Shown here: piece by piece, positions 56,309 to 64,000 of the stretch | How positions within the stretch are numbered: the first letter of the stretch is position 1 | Layout: every line of letters begins with the position of its first letter | IMG/VR virus record: IMGVR_UViG_3300021091_000012 | Direction: 5' to 3' (one strand) | DNA length: 64,000 bases | Source: a virus | The notes under the pieces: generated by a model | The model's database searches: none | What the model saw: the letters and a program-made list of their open reading frames with translations, nothing else | What the model was told of the DNA's origin: nothing | Program-made: the position numbers and the translations under genes

Positions 56309-57399
56309 TGATTACGTGAAACTTTGAATATCCAGGAATTATCATAAATTTGATAACCCGAACATTCTGTATTGGGAACTCTAATTAAAAATCTATAATA
56401 TCTTTCTGGTTGAAATGATTGGAATGGTAAAACAAAATAGTTACCACTCTCAGTTGCACTTATTTTTGTGTAGTCGCTAAAATTGATTATTGCATCGTCT
56501 GTATGTGCACTATATACTGCATATTGAGATCCTGAAGGTAAGACATGATTATTTAATATTCCGGAAGCTGTGACAAACGTTGGTGTTACATAATTAGAAT
56601 ATGCAGATACATTAAATCGAATTACAGATGATTCGGAGTATTTTTCTTGCAAGTTTGTAATTGCAATAGTAAATGGATTGTGTACGTCTAGTTGTGGAAT
56701 AGATGTCTGATATGACGAATCGTCAATGCTAACTTCAAGTATTGGTGCATATACTGTATGGGTATCTTTGCTAAAAAATTTAATACTCTTAAACGTAGAA
56801 GCAGATGCTTCGTCTGCTGCTGTCTTCTTCAGTAAGAATCCATAAAAATCTATTGATCCAGAAAAAGCTTTATCAACTATGCTAGATACGTTTATGTTAA
56901 GGTCGCCAACTTTGTAGTCAAACGATTGTGTTGCTGATGCTGAGGTGTACCATGTTCCACCTCCTGCTGTAGTTATGTATGATCCAGTAGAGTTTGCAGC
57001 AAACGAGGATGTAGTCCACTTGGTTGTCGTATCTGTTAGTGCGTTTCTATATCGCCAACTAACACCCTCAGTTGTTTCTGGTATGTTTCCATATCGTCCA
57101 ATACCCATATTCCAACTCTGCGAAACAGCATAACACTCTATGTTGTATTCTAACGGTACCTCTTCTTCCTCTGTCACAAACAGCTTTAAATTCCAATTAC
57201 ATTGTGCCAAGGTATGTCCCATGTTAGTTATTTCATCTGAGATATTGTTTAGATCAAAATCAACTAACACTCTAGAATTATATGGTGTTGATCCATCTAA
57301 AGTTTTAGAAATATCTAATACAGCATCTAACCCTGTATTTTTATTTGGGTAGCGTTCATATATTGTAGCGTCTTTTTTAGGATAAAATCGTAGTATCAT
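56305..57399 (-). CDS. DNRLRE/CBM96-like baseplate-associated protein
   Basis: KDATIYE...NTG...SRVLVDFD...GVSW...GGGTW...YGFLLK...APILEV. Confidence 0.55.
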   Translation of the reverse strand: MILRFYPKKDATIYERYPNKNTGLDAVLDISKTLDGSTPYNSRVLVDFDLNNISDEITNMGHTLAQCNWNLKLFVTEEEEVPLEYNIECYAVSQSWNMGIGRYGNIPETTEGVSWRYRNALTDTTTKWTTSSFAANSTGSYITTAGGGTWYTSASATQSFDYKVGDLNINVSSIVDKAFSGSIDFYGFLLKKTAADEASASTFKSIKFFSKDTHTVYAPILEVSIDDSSYQTSIPQLDVHNPFTIAITNLQEKYSESSVIRFNVSAYSNYVTPTFVTASGILNNHVLPSGSQYAVYSAHTDDAIINFSDYTKISATESGNYFVLPFQSFQPERYYRFLIRVPNTECSGYQIYDNSWIFKVSRNQ

Positions 57400-57400
57400 A

Positions 57401-59320
57401 TTAGAATGTTGCTATGCGTCCTTTAATATCATTGTTAGGATATCTTACTTCAAAAATTGCTGGATCTAAGCTTGGATAAATTATTCCATTTTTAGTAGCA
57501 GTTTCAATATCATAATAAACATCACTATATCCTGACAGCTCGTTGTTGAGGTTTTTGATTCTAACAGCTGTGACTGTTTGTACTCCTTTTGCTTTCAGTA
57601 GTATATTGTAGATGTCGCCAATTAAAATTGGTTGATTTATTTGCCACTTATCTATATTAAAAAAATCTTTTATTAAAGTAATGCAGTTAAGAATAACTTC
57701 ATTTGAATTAAATCCAGAAATAGGAATGACGTCAAAATCAATTCCAATATTTACAATATATGCGTCTCGTATGTTAATGCTGTCGGTTAACATTCTATAT
57801 TGAGATAGATAAGTTTTTAGGTTTTCCTTTACTGCTCTATTAACTATCGTACACTGCTTGTTTTCATTGTATCCTAGTATGTACATATTAAGTGCAAGCG
57901 GATTTGCAACTGTGTTGTTTACATCTATCGTATTGATATTATTTTGTTCGTCTGGTGTGATAAATACTTTAGCAACACTACCATAGACGTTTGGCATTGC
58001 GTATGCTCTAAGGATATAATCCTCCTTAGTTACAGCTCTATTCTGTGAGTTAAATTGAGCTAAAGTGTTTTGCCTAACCTCATCCAAAGTTTCTTCATCT
58101 CGACCACCTACTGCAGGGGTAGGATTGTTTACAGCTATAGAGTTTATAATATTTGCGTTAAGATCTGCAGTACTGGTTGGTAGTCCATCAGTACTCACCT
58201 CTGTTGCAGTAATTTGCGTAATAGTATTGCTTGATACATTAGAGCTAACTCCACCTCCTACGAGATAGGTAACTGTTAGGGTTGTGTTTGATGGTGCAAT
58301 TCCATAAGCGCCAGTAAAGATTGGCGATTGTGGATCAATAGATCCATCAATATCATCCTTTCCTGTTGGCAACTTTAAGCCAATATTTTCCGGAGTTGCT
58401 AATAGTTCTTCATCTGGTGACGAACTAATACCTGATCCAAATTGTACTTCAATACCATTATCGTTTACTCTTGTAATATATCGACGTGGAGTCTTTTTAA
58501 GCTTCAAAAGACAAGGAGTGTCTTCGCTATATACTGCAGCATCGGGATCATTAAATGCTGTGTTTTCTACTTTTTCAAAGATAGTGTCCTGAGCTAAGTA
58601 AGGTACCTCATACCAATCATTACCATCTGCATCTATAATACTTTCAATAGCAATTAGATCCGGATCTTGTATTTGAAATTTAAAAAACTTTTTTACTTCG
58701 TCAACTACTATTTGTGCGGTTTTTGGTGTAGCGGATATTGCTTTTACGGTCTTTTTTGCTAAAAAATAATTAGCTGCTCCATTGTTGTCAATAGTATATA
58801 CGGTATATTCTGTTGGAGAGTATATGTTGTTTACTGAAAAGTCGACATCTTCTTGAATTAAGAACTCAACTTGCTGTGGTGTTCCAGTGTATGTTGCAAC
58901 GGTGGTTGTACTTCGTACTCTCATTCCTGATGGAATACGTAATAGGTATGCTGGGTTTGGAGCAGTATCTTCAAAACTTCCAGAAGCAGGTACTAGTTGG
59001 TATACGTCTATGTCGACTTGCGATGGTATTTTTAGTTTTGGTTTATATCCCATTGCAGCTGCAATAGCCATTACATTGCGCTTTTCCGTAGCGTGTAATA
59101 GTAGTGATTCTTTGAATTGAGAATCAATATAGTAGTTTAGCACATCACCCACATATGCCGCCATCTCAACAAACATCATACCAGGTGATGCTTCATTGAA
59201 ATCGCTATAAGTATTTGGATAGTAGGTCTTTGTAAATTCAATAAGGCCTTTCTTTAGGGAATCAAAATCCCGTCCTAAATACTTAATATCTTTTGATGTT
59301 GTTTTTGATATGTTAGCCAT
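57401..59320 (-). CDS. gp6: Baseplate wedge protein (T4 gp6 / baseplate J-like)
   Basis: RDFDSLK, DFNEASPGMMFVEMAAYVGDVL, GGRDEET, QNRAVTKEDY. Confidence 0.9.
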   Translation of the reverse strand: MANISKTTSKDIKYLGRDFDSLKKGLIEFTKTYYPNTYSDFNEASPGMMFVEMAAYVGDVLNYYIDSQFKESLLLHATEKRNVMAIAAAMGYKPKLKIPSQVDIDVYQLVPASGSFEDTAPNPAYLLRIPSGMRVRSTTTVATYTGTPQQVEFLIQEDVDFSVNNIYSPTEYTVYTIDNNGAANYFLAKKTVKAISATPKTAQIVVDEVKKFFKFQIQDPDLIAIESIIDADGNDWYEVPYLAQDTIFEKVENTAFNDPDAAVYSEDTPCLLKLKKTPRRYITRVNDNGIEVQFGSGISSSPDEELLATPENIGLKLPTGKDDIDGSIDPQSPIFTGAYGIAPSNTTLTVTYLVGGGVSSNVSSNTITQITATEVSTDGLPTSTADLNANIINSIAVNNPTPAVGGRDEETLDEVRQNTLAQFNSQNRAVTKEDYILRAYAMPNVYGSVAKVFITPDEQNNINTIDVNNTVANPLALNMYILGYNENKQCTIVNRAVKENLKTYLSQYRMLTDSINIRDAYIVNIGIDFDVIPISGFNSNEVILNCITLIKDFFNIDKWQINQPILIGDIYNILLKAKGVQTVTAVRIKNLNNELSGYSDVYYDIETATKNGIIYPSLDPAIFEVRYPNNDIKGRIATF

Positions 59321-59321
59321 T

Positions 59322-59738
59322 TTAATCTAAGTTTACTTCTAATTGCACTGATCTTGTATCAAATTTATTGCCATCCAAGCTGATTGATAATTTAATGCCT
59401 AACTTGTTATAATCGTAATTGGGTGTTAGTATTAGCTCGTTTATAAATATGTAAGGAAGCCAATACCCAAAAGCTTCTCTTATTCTATCATCTAAAGTTT
59501 CTATAGTTTCCTCTGTGAGGTTGTCAAATAAAGTTTTACGAATGTCACAACCAAAAAGAGGTTGCATTACTCGTTCTCTAGTATTTGTGAGTAATAAGTT
59601 TTTGGCATTAGCAATTGCTTGATCGAGTGTCAGATAGTTTAATTTGAATCGATTATCAGATCCAAACAAAGGCAATCCAATCCCAATTGCAACATTAGGT
59701 TCAAAATCAAGTGGATGTATTTTTACTTGGTATGCCAT
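59322..59738 (-). CDS. gp25: Baseplate wedge protein (T4 gp25-like)
   Basis: NLLLTNTRERVMQPLFGCDI...LFD...WLPYI. Confidence 0.9.
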   Translation of the reverse strand: MAYQVKIHPLDFEPNVAIGIGLPLFGSDNRFKLNYLTLDQAIANAKNLLLTNTRERVMQPLFGCDIRKTLFDNLTEETIETLDDRIREAFGYWLPYIFINELILTPNYDYNKLGIKLSISLDGNKFDTRSVQLEVNLD

Positions 59739-60211
59739 TATAATTTACCTTGATGTTGATCCGCTGCTTTCATTACACCGGAATAGTCTTTTATAAATTG
59801 TGACGTTGGGTCACCATAACCTCCACCCATTTCTGGCAATGGAGAGTCATCGCTCATTAGCGAATTTAAACTCATTCCATCTCCCCCTTGCATTCCTGCA
59901 AACATTTGACTTGTCATTAGTTGGCCACCATTCATATCTGGCCATTCCTCCTCTTCGTGTGGTTGTGCTATCATAGATTCGTACGTTTCGTTAAGTAACC
60001 CACCAAGAGGTCCCTCAAACATTACTGGAGGTATGGTTCTTTTTTGTAGTGGTTTTTGTTTTACTTGTGTTATTGCTGCTGGTTGTGTTTGCGTCTTTGT
60101 TGACTCTCGAATCACTGGCTTTCTAATATCTTTTAATTCTTCTTTAATAATAGTTCGCACTTCTTCGCGTATAACCTTTCGCATTAAATTAATAAATTCA
60201 GATGCTTTCAT
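59738..60211 (-). CDS. Hypothetical protein
   Basis: Start corrected to ATG 60211 (MKASEFINLMRKVIREEV), which has TATTTATA 12 nt upstream. Confidence 0.65.
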   Translation of the reverse strand: MKASEFINLMRKVIREEVRTIIKEELKDIRKPVIRESTKTQTQPAAITQVKQKPLQKRTIPPVMFEGPLGGLLNETYESMIAQPHEEEEWPDMNGGQLMTSQMFAGMQGGDGMSLNSLMSDDSPLPEMGGGYGDPTSQFIKDYSGVMKAADQHQGKL

Positions 60212-60242
60212 AGTGTATTTTAATATAAATAGTTGGGGAAAA

Positions 60243-63200
60243 TTATTTGTATCCAGTAAACGGAATTGGTGCAATTCCGGTATTTGGTGGTGGGATTACT
60301 AGGCCTTGTGTTAATTTTAGTTGTGCCTCAAATCCTTTAGCCATCTCTCTTACAAAGCCAGAGGCACCATCCTTAGTTAACGCTTTCATTGGAGTAAACT
60401 GACCTATATTAAAAACCACATGCTGTGTTCCGGTAGGTCCAGCCCATCTTGCTCCAGTCCAAAAAGCTCTTGCTGCAAGACCAAATGTGATGCTTATTAT
60501 TTTTGCATCCAAATTAATAGCTTTTTCTTTAATCTTTTCCAGATCAACTTCGTGACGCTCTTTTAATTCTTTTAGTTTTTTGCTAACATACTCCTTAACA
60601 TCATCAATTACTTTATTTACTTCCTTTGCAATAAAGTTAACGAGCTTTTTAAAATAAACCTCTAGTTTTTCCAAAAGGAACTTTACAAAAGACTTTTTTG
60701 CGTTTAACACTTTGCTCATATCTTCTATGAATTCAAACGCACCCTTAGTGGACACTTTTAGTTCTTGATTTTCTACAGCCTCTTTTAGACGCGTACTCGT
60801 TAGTGATTTTAAAAGCTCACGCACTCGGCCGAGATGCTTTGCTTCTAGTTGAATTAAACCATCTATAACCTCTACATTAGTTAAGAGCTGAAATAAGTTT
60901 GACGCATTCGTAGTATCTTGCACCAAGCTGATGATTTGTTCAGGATCTTTTGGTGGGTCTTTAAAAACTGCTGTTAATGATTCGAGTGCTGGTAATAAGG
61001 ATGTGTTTTCTATGCTTGCTACAAAACGGTTCCAATCTTCTATGTATTCCTTACCGTTTGTAATAGCTTTAAAAAACTCAATCAACCCATACACTGTCAT
61101 CTCTATAACAGTGATATCAGCCATTTGTGCTAAAAACTCTTTTTTTTCTTTTTCTAATGTTTCACACTTTGCTGGGTCATTATTTACTCTTAACTTTTTA
61201 TAATCACAAATACCCTCTGCAATGTTCTTTATATGAGTTTCATTTGCTGCTAAACTATATTGGTTTTCTTTAAATATGTTTTTTTGTAGATCAGCTCCCC
61301 CTCGAGCTGCTTTACCTATTGCTTGACTAAGTTTTGAGTAATACTTTATTTTATTCTTATAATCCTGTATCTTTCGCTTTTTAGCTTCAATTTCAATTTG
61401 TTTTGTTTCAAAGTCTTTCTTATCACTTCCTAGCGGTACTAGTTTTAATAAATACCATTCGATTTCTTTTTGAAACTTTACAGATTTTTCCTCTATAAAT
61501 TCTTTTGCTTTTTTGTATTGTTTTCTTAGAAATGATAGCGCCTTATCAATTAACGGTTTAACTTCTGTTGCTAAGTCCATAAAAAGTTTCTTTAAGGAAA
61601 CTGCCTGCTTTTCTAACCATTTACCGGCATTTTGAACCATTGATTTTTCCTTACTGTCTGGTTTTTTTGTTTCTTGGGCCTTTTTTCTTCCTTCTCGAAT
61701 CTCTTGTATAATATCAAATAGATTATCAATATCATCTATCAATGATGATATCTGTTCAATATATATTTTGTATTTTTCTAATCGTCTTTCGAATAGTATT
61801 TTAAAGGTCTCAAATGTTGTTTTAGATTGTGCAACAATATTTTGCACTATTTGTGAATATTCACCCAATCCTAAATCGTCCATATATGCAAATACGGCAT
61901 CGGCACTGGTGGGCTCTTCTAATAAGTCAGTTTTTAACTTGTTTCTTAACGCTCTAGTTTGCTCCAAATCTCCAGGTCCACTAATTTTTCTTTCTACGTC
62001 TTTTAAATAATCTTGCTTAATCTGTAGGTTGGTAAGTAGTGGTGGATTGTTTGGATCTCTAAAATTAGGTTGATATTGTTCTAGCGTTGGTACAAATGGT
62101 ATTTTTGGTTTTGATGCTAGTGCTTTTTTTAAATCATCTTTAACATCTTTAAACTTTTCTAGATAGGTTCCATTTTTTATATTTTCGCGAATCAAAATTA
62201 ATTCGCTCTTAATAATATCAAACTCAATCTCTAAAGACTTTTTTAGTGTTTTGACTTTTTCAATAATTAAGTTTAGCTGCTTTAGGGCTTTTTCAATTTG
62301 TTTGATTTCTTTTTGAGTTCTTTCAATCTTTTTAGCATGGGTTTTCTTAAACTCATCTACTCGCTTTTTTGTCTTGGTATACAAATTACTCTTCAAACCG
62401 TCCTTGCGCTTACTAAAAAGCTCTTTTACTTTTTCCTCTGCCTTTTTTTTAATAAAATCAATCTTTGGTTGAATATACTCCTTGATTTCTTTTATTTTTT
62501 CATCTTTTTGTATTTCAAGCTTTTTTAGCTCTGGCTTAATGTATCGCTCAACTGCATCTAGTTTACTAAGAGCGTTATACAATCTGTTGAATTTTGGTGA
62601 CTTTGAACGTACTCTATTAAGGTAGGCTAAGTACTGTGCTGGATCAACAGCTATGTTTGCAATCTGCTCAAATGAAGTTAAAAACTCGCTTATTCTAGAA
62701 TACAGATACACTTTTATATCAAAAGTTGTGTTTGTTGGATTTTCATCAAAAAAGATACCTCTATTAGCTGATCCTACTGCGTTACCACTAGTCTTTTTAA
62801 AGACTTCAATTTTACGCTTAATCTTATTAATAAGAGTAAGTGTCGACTTTAGATCTTCAAAGCTTTGAATTTTAAAATCACGCAGCGTGTTAATTAAGTC
62901 AATCTCTTCTTTAAAAATTCTATTAAAATCTTCTACGTCAATCTGTTCAGCTATTTCGTCTCTCAAATTATCAACCAAATTTAATAAATCCTTAATTCTT
63001 TTTTTATCCTCTTCAATAACATCCTTAATAGCAGCAATAACTTCTTTAATGTACTCAGGTAACATACCAACCTCTTTGGTTAGTGTCTTAATTTTTTCAA
63101 TTAATTCTAATACTTCTTGACGTTTTACCTTTGCCTTATTAACCAACTGTTCAACCGTATTAATTAAACCACGAACAGCTGCTTTGTCGTTTGTAATTTC

Positions 63201-63476
63201 TTTTGCCAAAAAATAAGCTTTGATGATTTCTTTCATCATTGTTTCGTTTGGATTATTTGAAATCCCACTAACGCCGATTGAGTATGGTGGTGGAGCAGTT
63301 GGGTTCAATCCCGGAGCTGGTAGTGATGGGGGTGTTCCTTGAGGTAGTCCTGCTTTTACTGTATTTGAGTAATATTCAACTATCAACCTAGACCAATCCT
63401 CTGCTCCAGTAACTGCTCCTGCGTCAATATCAGCTAATAGTGGCTGAACAAACATTGTTTCAAAATCGTAAGGCAT
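60243..63476 (-). CDS. Giant Lys/Glu-rich coiled-coil protein with Pro/Gly-rich globular ends
   Basis: 1077 aa; short Pro/Gly-rich termini flank a long charged helical region. Confidence 0.7.
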   Translation of the reverse strand: MPYDFETMFVQPLLADIDAGAVTGAEDWSRLIVEYYSNTVKAGLPQGTPPSLPAPGLNPTAPPPYSIGVSGISNNPNETMMKEIIKAYFLAKEITNDKAAVRGLINTVEQLVNKAKVKRQEVLELIEKIKTLTKEVGMLPEYIKEVIAAIKDVIEEDKKRIKDLLNLVDNLRDEIAEQIDVEDFNRIFKEEIDLINTLRDFKIQSFEDLKSTLTLINKIKRKIEVFKKTSGNAVGSANRGIFFDENPTNTTFDIKVYLYSRISEFLTSFEQIANIAVDPAQYLAYLNRVRSKSPKFNRLYNALSKLDAVERYIKPELKKLEIQKDEKIKEIKEYIQPKIDFIKKKAEEKVKELFSKRKDGLKSNLYTKTKKRVDEFKKTHAKKIERTQKEIKQIEKALKQLNLIIEKVKTLKKSLEIEFDIIKSELILIRENIKNGTYLEKFKDVKDDLKKALASKPKIPFVPTLEQYQPNFRDPNNPPLLTNLQIKQDYLKDVERKISGPGDLEQTRALRNKLKTDLLEEPTSADAVFAYMDDLGLGEYSQIVQNIVAQSKTTFETFKILFERRLEKYKIYIEQISSLIDDIDNLFDIIQEIREGRKKAQETKKPDSKEKSMVQNAGKWLEKQAVSLKKLFMDLATEVKPLIDKALSFLRKQYKKAKEFIEEKSVKFQKEIEWYLLKLVPLGSDKKDFETKQIEIEAKKRKIQDYKNKIKYYSKLSQAIGKAARGGADLQKNIFKENQYSLAANETHIKNIAEGICDYKKLRVNNDPAKCETLEKEKKEFLAQMADITVIEMTVYGLIEFFKAITNGKEYIEDWNRFVASIENTSLLPALESLTAVFKDPPKDPEQIISLVQDTTNASNLFQLLTNVEVIDGLIQLEAKHLGRVRELLKSLTSTRLKEAVENQELKVSTKGAFEFIEDMSKVLNAKKSFVKFLLEKLEVYFKKLVNFIAKEVNKVIDDVKEYVSKKLKELKERHEVDLEKIKEKAINLDAKIISITFGLAARAFWTGARWAGPTGTQHVVFNIGQFTPMKALTKDGASGFVREMAKGFEAQLKLTQGLVIPPPNTGIAPIPFTGYK

Positions 63477-63478
63477 GG

Positions 63479-64000
63479 TTATGGATTTTCTTCCGTATTT
63501 GTTTCTTCTGTATCTTCGAAAAATTCACCAAGACCCACCTGATTTAAAGGCACCGGCTGTTCATTTGATGCGTCATTAGCACCAATATCCACTCCTTCTA
63601 TTCCATCTGACTCTCCTATTTCGTCTACGACTACTGGTGGTGTTTGAGTACCTCCATTGCCAGCTGGTGCTGGTGCTGCTTGAATTGTACCTGCAAAGCC
63701 TCCTTGCTTTTGCCAGTCCACGTTTCCGTAGGGTCCCCAGGTTGAGTGCCCTTTTGGAACTATTGCGTATGGTCCATCTTTTGAACTCACGGGATTTTTA
63801 CTTGGGTAAGGTTTATTTGGCGGATAATACTCCCAGTGCCATGCCTCTGAAGATACTGATCTTAAAAATCCAAATCGATGTGCATTAAAAGTTAACCATT
63901 GCATTATCTTTCCTCCTTGATTAAATGGATTTCCTGGATATGATGGATATCCTCCTGTGTTTAAGTCTAGCGCAATACCGTTACCGTGATTAGACTTTCC
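63479..64000 (-). CDS. C-terminal part of a peptidase M15 (VanY/D,D-carboxypeptidase or L,D-endopeptidase-like) peptidoglycan hydrolase
   Basis: The frame is open to 64000: GKSNHGNGIALD (SxHxxGxAxD) and WLTFNAHRFGF...SEAWHWEY (ExWH). Confidence 0.85.
   Translation of the reverse strand, partial: GKSNHGNGIALDLNTGGYPSYPGNPFNQGGKIMQWLTFNAHRFGFLRSVSSEAWHWEYYPPNKPYPSKNPVSSKDGPYAIVPKGHSTWGPYGNVDWQKQGGFAGTIQAAPAPAGNGGTQTPPVVVDEIGESDGIEGVDIGANDASNEQPVPLNQVGLGEFFEDTEETNTEENP

Noticed and set aside
23673-59449. Intragenic TATAAATA copies (for example 23673 and 59442)
   Set aside because: They are expected by chance in AT-rich coding DNA and are not adjacent to starts; 59442 could be an internal promoter for gp6 but this is unsupported.
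1302-63888. All plus-strand ORFs in the six-frame track
   Set aside because: They are short antisense shadows fully overlapping well-supported minus-strand genes (for example the poly-Ser ORF opposite the acidic scaffold), with no recognisable motifs.
1-64000. Stop-codon reassignment, tRNAs, introns or inteins
   Set aside because: Standard-code ORFs tile the window at expected lengths (terminase, portal and capsid are uninterrupted), and no intergenic gap shows a tRNA pattern.

Overview
This is a gene-dense, AT-rich 64-kb segment of a large T4-like (contractile-tailed) phage genome. Essentially every credible gene is on the minus strand. Transcription runs right to left through five blocks. 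(1) A peptidase M15 domain (partial), a giant coiled-coil protein, baseplate gp25 and gp6, two Ig-domain paralogs, a gp7-like wedge protein and collar/LamG proteins. (2) An embedded DNA-metabolism island: T7-type endonuclease I, a primase-like gene and a fused Mre11-Rad50/SbcDC gene. (3) Probable head-internal cargo and lysis genes, including a HIGH-nucleotidyltransferase/LETM1-like/RNA-ligase-like fusion, a TM-GAF holin-like protein, a ferritin-like protein and a spanin-like pair. (4) Terminase, portal, prohead protease, scaffold, major capsid, PhoH and neck gp13/14/15. (5) Ser/Thr/Gly-rich fibre genes with a decaying accessory patch, tail sheath, tail tube, a gp26-like chaperone with a likely +1 frameshift extension, and the start of a tape-measure-like gene. 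About 20 operon starts carry TATTTAT(A/T) on the coding strand, the reverse complement of the T4 late promoter, often just after an intrinsic terminator. Two genes have structured 5' leaders. The scarcity of Shine-Dalgarno sites, one TTTG-N19-TAnnTTTG-like promoter and a Q-rule signal peptide suggest a Bacteroidota host (inference). No tRNA, rRNA, CRISPR array or mobile element was seen. All family assignments come from recognising motifs by eye, not from database searches.
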